A stretch of 64,000 nucleotides of DNA, from assembly GCA_963720565.1 (NCBI GenBank), contig CAVRFW010000007.1:56404-120403 (forward strand), given 5' to 3'. The first letter of the stretch is position 1. Every line of letters starts with the position of its first letter. This document shows positions 41,454-50,268 of this stretch, in pieces. The position numbers were made by a program, and so were the translations under genes. The stretch is from Candidatus Bathyarchaeota archaeon. GTDB taxonomy: Archaea; Thermoproteota; Bathyarchaeia; Bathyarchaeales; Bathycorpusculaceae. Under the pieces are notes generated by a model. That model was not told where the DNA came from. It ran no database searches and was given only the letters and a program-made list of their open reading frames with translations.

Positions 41454-41798
41454 TTGGTTCTACAAAAGAAGAATTTTCAGAATCCTGATGAAACTCAGAC
41501 TCCTCCGAATGCAAAGGTAGACACAATCAGAATAGGAGACATGACGGTATTGAAGGTAACTTATCAACCCGGATGGCAATGGTCAAAACACCAGAAAGCC
41601 CTTGCTGGAACAAATTCCTGTCAAGTGCACCATTTCGGAGTCCTAGTCTCAGGTAGATTGCGTGTGAGAGCGGACGATGGTCAAGAAATGGAATTCAGCC
41701 CGGGAGATGTAGCTGACATTCCACCAGGACATGACGGCTGGACCATCGGAAACGAACCTGCAATCTTCTATTGGTTCAGCAAAACAAACCCAAAGTAA
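41454..41798 (+). CDS. Cupin domain protein
   Basis: PGWQWS, CQVHHFG, IPPGHDGW. Confidence 0.88.
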   Translation: MVLQKKNFQNPDETQTPPNAKVDTIRIGDMTVLKVTYQPGWQWSKHQKALAGTNSCQVHHFGVLVSGRLRVRADDGQEMEFSPGDVADIPPGHDGWTIGNEPAIFYWFSKTNPK

Positions 41799-41800
41799 AC

Positions 41801-41832
41801 TACTCGCCCCTTGCTGGGCGAGTATCTTTTTC
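41801..41832 (+). terminator. Hairpin + T tract after cupin gene
   Basis: TACTCGCCC-CTTGCT-GGGCGAGTA-TCTTTTTT. Confidence 0.65.
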
Positions 41833-41976
41833 TGGAATTTTAGAATTTTTTGACTAAATTTTAGTCCAACCCAACCAACCAACCAACTCTCTACGTGCCC
41901 GCAGCAGTGTTATGCTGAAATGTAATGAAACCATTATTAACTGACAGCTTGATAGAATCTATCTGGTGTCTTCAGA

Positions 41977-42501
41977 ATGAGAGTGGCGGTCGGCGACTCG
42001 GAACTGCAGGCGTTGAGAGAGTGGTATGCGTACAACATTTTCGTTAGGAAACGCTACTTGCGTTTTTTGAATAAGCTTCCCAGAAGTGTCACAACAGAGG
42101 ATAAAGGTGCTTCATTTCCTTCTGTTCTTGATATTTTCACGCATGTTCTGGATGTCTACAAGGCATGGCTTATAGGTCGCTATGAGACTGGGAGACGCAC
42201 TAAACTTCTTGAGCACCTTTCTTTCGAGGATATTATGCGGGAGGAGAAGGAGATTGATGCTTACCTCTCTGGACTCATGCAAAGATTAGTTCCCTCTGAC
42301 CTTGAGAAGTCATTTGAGTTCTCTTTTTTGCAGGCCAAGAAAGAGCGAAAAGACAAGGGGATACTCGTGGACTTGCTGTGGCATCTTGTTGAAGAAGAGC
42401 TCCAGCATCGTGGAGAAATCAACGCGCTTCTCTTTCAAGAGAGCATTGACCCACCAATAACGGATTGGTTCGACTGGAAAAAGCACAAGGCTCTATCCTG
42501 A
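41977..42501 (+). CDS. DinB family protein
   Basis: YN...R, IFTH, HLVEEELQHRGEI motifs. Confidence 0.88.
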   Translation: MRVAVGDSELQALREWYAYNIFVRKRYLRFLNKLPRSVTTEDKGASFPSVLDIFTHVLDVYKAWLIGRYETGRRTKLLEHLSFEDIMREEKEIDAYLSGLMQRLVPSDLEKSFEFSFLQAKKERKDKGILVDLLWHLVEEELQHRGEINALLFQESIDPPITDWFDWKKHKALS

Positions 42502-42552
42502 TTCAAGAGATTAGCACGCACAGATGATTGGTTTCAGCAGCAGCATTAAACT

Positions 42553-42702
42553 TTAATCTTCAACTTTTCTCACTTCAACACTTGTGCCTTTCCCTTGTAA
42601 AATCGGGCAACCCTTTGCAACATTAACCGCTTCGTTAAAGTTCGTTGCTTTAATAATGATATATCCTGCGATTGATTCTTTTTTTTCAGTGTAAGGTTCG
42701 TC
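42553..42702 (-). pseudogene. 3' half of a YciI/DGPF-family gene
   Basis: My translation DEPYTEKKESIAGYIIIKATNFNEAVNVAKGCPILQGKGTSVEVRKVED*; no start, cut at GCGCGC 42709. Confidence 0.75.
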
Positions 42703-42722
42703 TGCTAGGCGCGCTAAAATCC

Positions 42723-43088
42723 TCACCAATCAGGTTTTCTCTTCCAAATATTATATGTACATTGACCCCAACAATAAGACCCAGCTTTAAACTGACAGCC
42801 GTTACAGCTAATACCCGAGAATTTAGAAACAAACTCTTGTTTTGAATGAACCCGAACAAAGGTTTTTTTCGGTTCTTCACTTTGATTCGCAGACACACCG
42901 TCTTTTTGGTACTTCAAACGCTGTGGACATTTTTCGTAGATTAACGGATTAGAAAAAATAGATTGAGGACAAGTTTGATTTGCACACTTACGACCACTTA
43001 ATTCAAATTCCCCAAAACCAAGCTCAATTTTAGCGTATTCACAACAAACGGCGTTTCCAAAGTCTTTCCCATTGTCAGCAACGGTCAT
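42723..43088 (-). CDS. Hypothetical Cys-rich protein
   Basis: 121-aa ORF with several Cys pairs; AGGA RBS-like sequence upstream. Confidence 0.55.
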   Translation of the reverse strand: MTVADNGKDFGNAVCCEYAKIELGFGEFELSGRKCANQTCPQSIFSNPLIYEKCPQRLKYQKDGVSANQSEEPKKTFVRVHSKQEFVSKFSGISCNGCQFKAGSYCWGQCTYNIWKRKPDW

Positions 43089-43815
43089 AACTGTTTCCTT
43101 CGGACCAATGTTTTACGGCTTCCGCCAACTGTGTAAGGTAAGACGGACCTAAAGACTTTTACTATGCCGTCCATGATGAAGACCACACATTGCATTTCTA
43201 AGAACGAGCAACTAAGCGCGCGCGCCAAACGTGCATATCACCTGTCCAATTGCTTTTTTGCATTTATCAACAAGAAGTGAACTCATACATTTGATTTCCA
43301 TGTTTAATTATAAAGAATTTTCTATAATGATTAGTATTTGGAATTATCGCCATGAATAATGCGTATCCCTTCCCTCGCAGGGAAAGGGTAGTGCGTATCA
43401 TCTGATACGGGATAGGGTATGACGCACCTTCTGGAACGCATACCCTTGCGTCATCGCTATGCCCTCTGAATTATAGCAAGGGCACCTTTTTCCATACCAT
43501 AGTGAGTTTTGTGTGTGTGTGCACTAAAATTTAGTCCAACCAACCAATTTCAGACCAGTAAACGCGCGCCAGAAAGCACAATGAAAAGCGTATACAGGGT
43601 TCAGAGCATAGGTATTTTCAGTGTCTCAGGAAAAGGGTAGGGTAACTATTCTCAGATCAGTATAGGGATATAGTATATAGTCGGAATCGAGTATACGGCT
43701 ACATTTTGCAGAAGATAGATATTAAAGCGCGTGTTAAGTCGCAGAATAAACTTCTTTTTTGCCAGGTGTTCGATTCCAAAATCCCTTAAATAATGGAGTC
43801 AACAAAATAATTCAC

Positions 43816-43959
43816 ATGCCCCAACTCAGGGCGAGATGCCCAAACTGCGGAACTGCAGCAAAAGCGAAAAGAAGTACCCGATGGAGAATGTGCGCAGAAG
43901 GGGACTGCGATTCCTGTGGTGTTAACTTCACCACAGCAGCTTTCTGGCAATCAAAGTAG
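43816..43959 (+). CDS. Small zinc-ribbon protein
   Basis: CPNCG...CDSCG. Confidence 0.55.
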   Translation: MPQLRARCPNCGTAAKAKRSTRWRMCAEGDCDSCGVNFTTAAFWQSK

Positions 43960-44181
43960 CCCCTTGACCTTTGAGGCGTTCTTCTTTCTCTTTGCTATGC
44001 TATTCAATGTCCTAAGCCACACCTTTTTCTCCATAGGCACAAACCCTCTCCCGTTAGTTTGGTTGTTGGATTAAATCTTAGTCAAACCAACCAACGAAAG
44101 ACGGTGAGGAGCGACCAATGTTCCTGCCTGCAGTATGACAAAGCTTTTGAAGTAAGGTCTCAATACTCTTGCTGTCTGGAA

Positions 44182-44791
44182 ATGTTTAGGGATTCGCCAA
44201 TTGGGATATTGACAGAAGCTGTTTTCGGCTTTGCGCTTGCCGTAGGTGCTCTTTCTCTTACTGCAGCAAACCCCCAGACCGTGGTGGAGATTGTCGGAGG
44301 GCTTTTGCTGTTCAGTCTCAGTTTCGTTATACTTGTGGTTATTTGGTGGGGAACTAGTCGACCTCATATCAAAACTCGACCAAGGAAGGTCGACAACAAT
44401 ATTCCTTAATATTGCGCTATTGTTTTTTGTGGCGATTGAACCCTACCTTCTGAATATTCTAAGCACCAGCCAAGACCTCTTTCCTTTTACGTCGACTCTC
44501 TACGCTATTGACATGTCTTTCCTGATGGGAATTTCAGCCGCGTTATGTCATATTCTGCTGAAAGAGAAAAAAGAAACCCTCGCGGCACACCAGCTGAAAT
44601 TCTACACGATGAACAGAAACGGACAGTTTGTTTTCGCTGGTCTTTTCTTGCTGTCTATTGTTCCCCAATTCGCTGAATGGATTTTGGCTGGATTCTCGGT
44701 TCGCGTTCTCATATGGTTTGCCACACTTGCGCTCTCAATTTCAGTATCCGCTCGGAACAGAAAGAAGCAAGCTCAGAACACAGGCTCATGA
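44182..44791 (+). pseudogene. TMEM175-family (DUF1211) K+ channel, frameshifted near 44355
   Basis: LTEAVFGFALAV helix 1, SF.IL...W, then LNIALLFFV..P in a second frame. Confidence 0.7.
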
Positions 44792-44886
44792 GGCGCTCGA
44801 AACGAGTATGTGCTCTTCAGAAACGGTGTTTCATCACAAGTGATTTAAGCCGAGAGCAAGGAAATAGTATTTTTGCGTTTTAGCCT

Positions 44887-45135
44887 GTGAGGAGGTGTAC
44901 GTATTTGTCGACAAGAAAGAACAGCAAATACAGGGTGTTTGTAGGTTTCCTAGTCTCTGGCGCGATTATTACTGCAATTGGATTGTACGCGGCTTCGGGA
45001 GGCTATGCAGAATCATGGGAAATTATGGGTAGGATAATACCGTCAACTGAATGGTGCTGGTACATGTCAGCTCTTGGCATAATACTGCTACTCATTGGAG
45101 CAATTCTCGCCTACTTATACTTCAAGAAAAAGTGA
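44887..45135 (+). CDS. Small two-TM membrane protein
   Basis: Two hydrophobic helices, GAGGAGGTG RBS, ends YLYFKKK. Confidence 0.6.
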   Translation: MRRCTYLSTRKNSKYRVFVGFLVSGAIITAIGLYAASGGYAESWEIMGRIIPSTEWCWYMSALGIILLLIGAILAYLYFKKK

Positions 45136-45199
45136 CTAAATGCGGTTCACGCAAAGAACTGTATGGAAATATCGCCGAATGGGGAGGTGAAAACTATTT

Positions 45200-45385
45200 A
45201 TGAAAATCGATAATATCGTAGTTGGAATAATCATCATATGTTTCGCTGCACTCTTGCTTGGTGATGCTTATCTGTCAACCTACAACCCAGCAGGTCAGAT
45301 ACTGTCGCCTAATGATGTTAAGGGCATAGTGGGCATGATTTGCGTAGTGACTGCTGGATTCATTTTTTGGAAAGCAAGGAAATAG
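45200..45385 (+). CDS. Small two-TM membrane protein
   Basis: GGAGGTG RBS; two TMs. Confidence 0.6.
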   Translation: MKIDNIVVGIIIICFAALLLGDAYLSTYNPAGQILSPNDVKGIVGMICVVTAGFIFWKARK

Positions 45386-45838
45386 AACCAAAAATCCCCC
45401 TCTCTTTTATGTGTGCATTAGAATCTGTCCAACCCCAACCAAGGTTTGCTGGGTTCACTTCATGCTTGAGCTCTTGACAGCATAGATGACGGACAATACT
45501 ATGCTTGCTCCAAGGAATGAGTATCCAATCAGAGGGGCGTCACTGAAGGTTATGCCAACTACTGCAAGGGCCCTATCGGAACAAACGCTGAGACAAAAAA
45601 CAGCAACCTAAAAACTACCCCAATAACGCAGGTTAGCCCCATACCAAAGTTCGCCACACTCTGATAGCGTTTACATCGATTTAGCATTTCTCAGTAGCAG
45701 ACACTAATGGATAGTGCGTTGAATAATGCCTTCGCCTGTCTCCGCTTCGGTTTTGCCATAATCCAAGCTTTGAAGCCGAAAGGTTTGACCTATTTGAAAA
45801 TAGAGGGAAACATGCCAAAAAAAATTGCTATTTGGGGA

Positions 45839-46666
45839 CTACTCTTGTTTTATGGCTGAAACACTGATGCTTACGATCGAGTTAGCGGCGTCTTTTACTT
45901 CTTCTTGTGTCATGCCAAGGTTGTTTATGGCTTCTTTGGTTTCAGGTTCGCTTACTATGTATTCTATCGGGTAGTTTTTTTCTTGCAGGATCTTCACTTC
46001 TTTGAATCCAACTCTGTTGATCAGGTCAAGATATTTGTCTTTGATTTCTGCTCCGGATATACAGCTGGAGTAGGCTTCAGCGTTCTTCTGTACTGATTCT
46101 GGCAGCTTTTTCAAGAGAACAATATCGGAAACCATTAGTCTGCCTTTTGGGGCAAGGACTCTGAAGGCTTCTTCGAATACTCTCTTCTTGTTTGGTGCTA
46201 GATTGATTACGCAGTTTGATATTATGACGTCTACTGAGTTGTCTGCGACAGGTAGGTTTTCGATTTCTCCGAGCCTGAACTCGATGTTGGTGTACTTGCC
46301 TTTTCTGGCGTTTGAACGTGCCTTTTCCAGCATTTCAGGAGTCATGTCCACTCCGATTACTTTTCCTTTCTTGCCAACTTTCTTGGCGGCTAGGAAACAG
46401 TCAAAGCCGGCACCTGATCCTAAATCTAGGACTCTTTCGCCCTCTTTTAGAGACGCTAGGGCAGTGGGGTTACCGCAGCCTAGGCCGAGATTGGCGCCTT
46501 CGGGAACATTGTTCATCTCGTTTTCACTGTAGCCTATCATTTTGCTTATCTGAGCGTCGGTCGGAGCTGAGCAGCAGCTGGCGTTCGATGAGCAGCAAGA
46601 GCCATTTGTTTTGGCAATTTTGGCGTAGCGTTTTCTGACTATTTTTTTGACTTTTTCTTCTTTCAC
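45839..46666 (-). CDS. arsM: Arsenite S-adenosylmethionine methyltransferase
   Basis: N-terminal SCC, LGLGCGNP, LDLGSGAGFD, GVDMTPEML, ISNCVINL, CISGA. Confidence 0.95.
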   Translation of the reverse strand: MKEEKVKKIVRKRYAKIAKTNGSCCSSNASCCSAPTDAQISKMIGYSENEMNNVPEGANLGLGCGNPTALASLKEGERVLDLGSGAGFDCFLAAKKVGKKGKVIGVDMTPEMLEKARSNARKGKYTNIEFRLGEIENLPVADNSVDVIISNCVINLAPNKKRVFEEAFRVLAPKGRLMVSDIVLLKKLPESVQKNAEAYSSCISGAEIKDKYLDLINRVGFKEVKILQEKNYPIEYIVSEPETKEAINNLGMTQEEVKDAANSIVSISVSAIKQE

Positions 46667-46668
46667 AT

Positions 46669-46917
46669 TCAAGTCTCCTGTTTTGTTACTCCTTTGAGTA
46701 ATGGGCCAAGCGTTTTTGTTACTGCACCAACCAGTCTTTCTGCTTTTAGTATCATGATGCAGCATACCTCACCATTCTTCTCAGACGCTACTAAGGCTAT
46801 CTTGTCGTTTGGTTTGATGTTAGCCTTTTCACGTAAATCTTTGGGAAGAACTATTTGGCCTTTGGCATCCATCGTTACAACTGCATCGATTCTGCAGGTG
46901 TCACTTTCACAACTCAC
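46669..46917 (-). CDS. AbrB/MazE/SpoVT-fold DNA-binding protein with vicinal Cys (resembles the HgcAB-associated HgcC-like family)
   Basis: VTMDAKGQIVLPKDLR AbrB motif plus GEVCCI; directly upstream of arsM. Confidence 0.8.
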   Translation of the reverse strand: MSCESDTCRIDAVVTMDAKGQIVLPKDLREKANIKPNDKIALVASEKNGEVCCIMILKAERLVGAVTKTLGPLLKGVTKQET

Positions 46918-47090
46918 GTTTGACCACCAAGGTCAAAGCAAATCACTCCCGAATACTTAAACTTTTCTTAAAAATCAGAAAAATCTGAATATTCTCCATT
47001 GTGTTGACCTAATCGATGACCACAGACAGGATGAGGAGACAATCCCGAAGCTGAACGTGCGCGCTAAATCAATCCTCTCGTGTGAGAAAG

Positions 47091-48065
47091 CTACTTCTTG
47101 GTTGCGACGTATATGTCTGCTTCCAGCATTTTGCCTGCGTTGTTGAAGAAGTGATGAACAAAATAGAGGTTTCCTTCCTCGTCGAGCGTTGGCTCACCTG
47201 CGAACTGGGAGACAACAAGCTCTGCCTCTTGCCAGACACCGTTAAGTTTAGTGCTTCTGTATATGCCTGGGGAACCTTTGTATGTGCGTGTGAACCACAA
47301 CTCTGTTCCATCCTGGCTTACAAAGGGCCAGCCCTCGTCTTCAGGGGTGTTTACTGTCTCCACATGTTGGGGTGTTTGCCATTCACCGTTGATCTTTTCG
47401 GTTGTCCAAATGTCGAGTCCGTCTAATCCGCCAGCGCGGTCCGAATGGAAGTACATGGTGTTTCCGTCGGCTGTTATGTGCATCTCTCCCACCTGATAAT
47501 CCTTCATCAGTTTGTCCCCGACGTATTGCCAGTTCACCCATTTGTCGCCCACGAGCTGCGCGGTGAAAAGGTTGACTCCCGTGTAGCCTTCGCGGGCAGA
47601 TGCAAACCACATAGTATCGTCCTGGACGAACTGGGCTCCGTCCAACGCCAGTTTCCCAGCGTCTTGCAATTTTACTCTTTCCGCGGGCATCCATTCACCG
47701 TTCTCTTTTGTCGAGACGTATATGCCTGTTACGCCGTCAAGCAGCTGTTTTTCGGCTGGGACGGTGACGTTTGGGGTGAAAAAGAAGTACAGCGTGTTAC
47801 CATCCGGCAGTATGAAGGGGGAGTCTTCGCCGCCCGCAGTGTTGACTGCATCAGCCAAGGGTATAGGCTGATTCCACTTTCCCGAATTTAGGATGGGCGG
47901 GTAGATGTCGGTTTCAGGAGTAGATTTGACTGCGCCAGGGGGTATTGCGTTTTCCCTTGTCGGGGGCTCCGGGTTTTCTTGTGGAGTGTTGAGGATTATT
48001 CCTGCGAAAATCACGGCTGCGACAGCAAGTACGCAGACCACGGCTAATCGCGTAGGGTTTGACAT
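47091..48065 (-). CDS. Membrane-anchored PD40/TolB-like beta-propeller protein
   Basis: N-terminal TM; VNT...E..PF...DG..L.F repeats. Confidence 0.82.
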   Translation of the reverse strand: MSNPTRLAVVCVLAVAAVIFAGIILNTPQENPEPPTRENAIPPGAVKSTPETDIYPPILNSGKWNQPIPLADAVNTAGGEDSPFILPDGNTLYFFFTPNVTVPAEKQLLDGVTGIYVSTKENGEWMPAERVKLQDAGKLALDGAQFVQDDTMWFASAREGYTGVNLFTAQLVGDKWVNWQYVGDKLMKDYQVGEMHITADGNTMYFHSDRAGGLDGLDIWTTEKINGEWQTPQHVETVNTPEDEGWPFVSQDGTELWFTRTYKGSPGIYRSTKLNGVWQEAELVVSQFAGEPTLDEEGNLYFVHHFFNNAGKMLEADIYVATKK

Positions 48066-48230
48066 TGCCTTTGGCAGAGTGCAAGGTTTCTCGCTGTTTG
48101 GATTTAGCCTGTTGGGCTTTATGCTTTGTTAACTGCGGATTCAGTTTCTGGGGCGTTTAGACTCGATATTAAAAGCTACTTAGCGCGCACTTAGCACTTG
48201 GCGACCGTTACGTCGGATAGAAAAATTGAG

Positions 48231-48356
48231 CTATACCAGTCTTGCTACCGCGTAATTGTTGGACCAAGCGTCAGGGTTTGAGTAGTTTGTTCTCGGTCCA
48301 CTTTGCCAGATTGCCTTGTAGAATATGTCAAAGTCTTCTTGCGACATTCTTTTCAT
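48231..48356 (-). CDS. Putative 41-aa small protein
   Basis: My translation MKRMSQEDFDIFYKAIWQSGPRTNYSNPDAWSNNYAVARLV*; TATA-like sequence upstream; lies between two GCGC sites. Confidence 0.4.
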   Translation of the reverse strand: MKRMSQEDFDIFYKAIWQSGPRTNYSNPDAWSNNYAVARLV

Positions 48357-48707
48357 TTTTCTAAACCCTAAATTATTACGTCGCGAGAGTTAATATAAGC
48401 GAAATTTCTAAATGAGAACATATCAAAAATCGAAAGCTTGTTTTTGAGACTTTTTTCCATGGCGCACGCGAGTGTTGGTGTAAAAAGTAATGCGTGCTTA
48501 TTTCATGCTGGAAAACCTTTTATTCTAAGCCTTCTTCAAGGTATAATGGGGAGAAGAAGGGGTGGAGAGCTCGCCAATTCTTCGCGGGATTTGGCTCGCG
48601 ACGCGTTGCACCCTTTCTTTTTTCCACTTTTGACGCGCTTGCTTTTCTAAGCCGGTTATCCAGAATTCATAAGTGTTTTAGAATCGAACCCTTGAAGCTA
48701 TCATGTT

Positions 48708-49190
48708 GTGACAGTGAGGCGAATGTTGACCAGAGCACATGCAGCAGTCGTTGTGGCGGTCCTGGCGTTTGTGGGGTTCGCGGTGTTTTTCAGTGCGTGG
48801 CTGGGCGCGTTGACAGTGGGTGTGCCAAATACTCTTCCCTTTTGGGGAGAGGGTCTCTTGATTAAAGATGTCTCTTTGGATACTGTTGACCCGCTTGTTC
48901 TCACGGTTAACCTCCAGTCATCCATTAATCGCGATGTTGAGTTTGACCACGGATACATTCAAGATGAAAGCCTGACTGTTGTTGCCCAGTGTCTACGTAC
49001 TGTGCCTTTTGGTTCTGTTTCGGATGGACGGGGACATTGGGTGCAATACTTTGTTGTGTGTGTTTTGCCGGCGAATTCAGAGGAAACAATGTTTCTTAAT
49101 TTTGACGCTTCATTGCCTTCGGGAAATTATCGCTTGACGCTCAACAGGAACGATTATGCCTTGTACTCTGATTACTTCGCTATACCGTAG
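48708..49190 (+). CDS. Hypothetical N-terminally anchored protein
   Basis: N-terminal TM and beta-rich domain. Confidence 0.6.
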   Translation: MTVRRMLTRAHAAVVVAVLAFVGFAVFFSAWLGALTVGVPNTLPFWGEGLLIKDVSLDTVDPLVLTVNLQSSINRDVEFDHGYIQDESLTVVAQCLRTVPFGSVSDGRGHWVQYFVVCVLPANSEETMFLNFDASLPSGNYRLTLNRNDYALYSDYFAIP

Positions 49191-49310
49191 CTTCCACCGC
49201 TCATATCACGTGCAGAAGATGGGGGAATAGGATTCTGGAATATTGTTTCTCCGTTAAGAAATTTTATATTTTTATGAAGAATAGCACTTTTCTGAATCGC
49301 TTGTGATACC

Positions 49311-49472
49311 ATGGTTGAATATGTCAGGGGAAGCGAGATTGACAATTGGCACCGATGCAAGAACTGCACCCAATACCCGCGCTATATTTATCAGAAGACC
49401 ACTGCTAAGCCGCCTTCTAGGCTCTGCGAACAGTGTGAATTGAAAGTTAAAAACGGAACTGGCAAATTCTAG
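49311..49472 (+). CDS. Small zinc-finger-like protein (53 aa)
   Basis: My translation MVEYVRGSEIDNWHRCKNCTQYP...LCEQCELK...; TTTATAT promoter-like sequence upstream. Confidence 0.6.
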   Translation: MVEYVRGSEIDNWHRCKNCTQYPRYIYQKTTAKPPSRLCEQCELKVKNGTGKF

Positions 49473-49548
49473 TTGACTCTGGAAAAGTGCGCTTTAGGAT
49501 GATTCCGGTTTACTAGGCGCGCGCCCTCCAAGCGGTTCTTACTATTGT

Positions 49549-49959
49549 CTAAAACCCGTATTCAATTCCCATCAATTTCAAGACAGTCAAGGGTCTGAAA
49601 AAGAAGACTACAAAGTAGGGAGTAACCATGATTTCCGTGCAGTCTCCCCAATCACTTCCCCAATAGACGCCTCCTACATTCGGGGGGAAGCTGCTGCTTC
49701 CAGGCGTGCCCACTGTATTGGTAGTTACCATGTTTGAAATCGGGTCGTATTTGAAATTAAGGGTCTTACCACTGATGGTTACGCTTGCCGTTTGTCCAGC
49801 AAGAACTACCAGCACCCTACAGTAAGGAAGTGCCCAAACCGGAGGAATTGACAAAACCAGAGGAAGTGCCCAAACCGGGATTCCAGATGCGGAAAACAGC
49901 ATCGAAACCGTGAGTCCTGCGAAAAGTCCAAGACTGAGGGATCTCTGGTTAGGCTTCAT
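49549..49959 (-). CDS. Hypothetical secreted/membrane protein
   Basis: 136-aa ORF with hydrophobic N-terminus and an internal 18-bp direct repeat. Confidence 0.5.
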   Translation of the reverse strand: MKPNQRSLSLGLFAGLTVSMLFSASGIPVWALPLVLSIPPVWALPYCRVLVVLAGQTASVTISGKTLNFKYDPISNMVTTNTVGTPGSSSFPPNVGGVYWGSDWGDCTEIMVTPYFVVFFFRPLTVLKLMGIEYGF

Positions 49960-50268
49960 TGAAGATCACTGGTTGAAGTTGGCAGGTTTGCATAAGAATT
50001 TTCTGAAGCACAAGTACAGAATGCTGTCTGAGGTCTCAATATGGACTAATAGTTTAGTTTGAATCGAGTATACGGTTTTTTGATGGTTGTTTCTGTTCTA
50101 TTTTCTCAGCTTTAACGAGTAGTTCTTGTTGTTGGCAATTTCGTTCAAGAACGAATGCATAACTTCAGGCTTTTTTTTAATAAGCATAAGTCTTAAATTG
50201 TGTTTGATTTCATTATTTGAATGTACACTGTGATGTGTACTATACTTGTAGGAGAAGGAAATTAGCAA

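Noticed and set aside
43760..43785. tRNA fragment (GTTCGATTCC resembles a T-loop)
   Set aside because: Flanking bases do not form a T-stem and there is no cloverleaf.
49825..49878. 18-bp direct repeat AGGAAGTGCCCAAACCGG
   Set aside because: Only two copies, 36 bp apart and in frame within a hypothetical gene; a simple local duplication.
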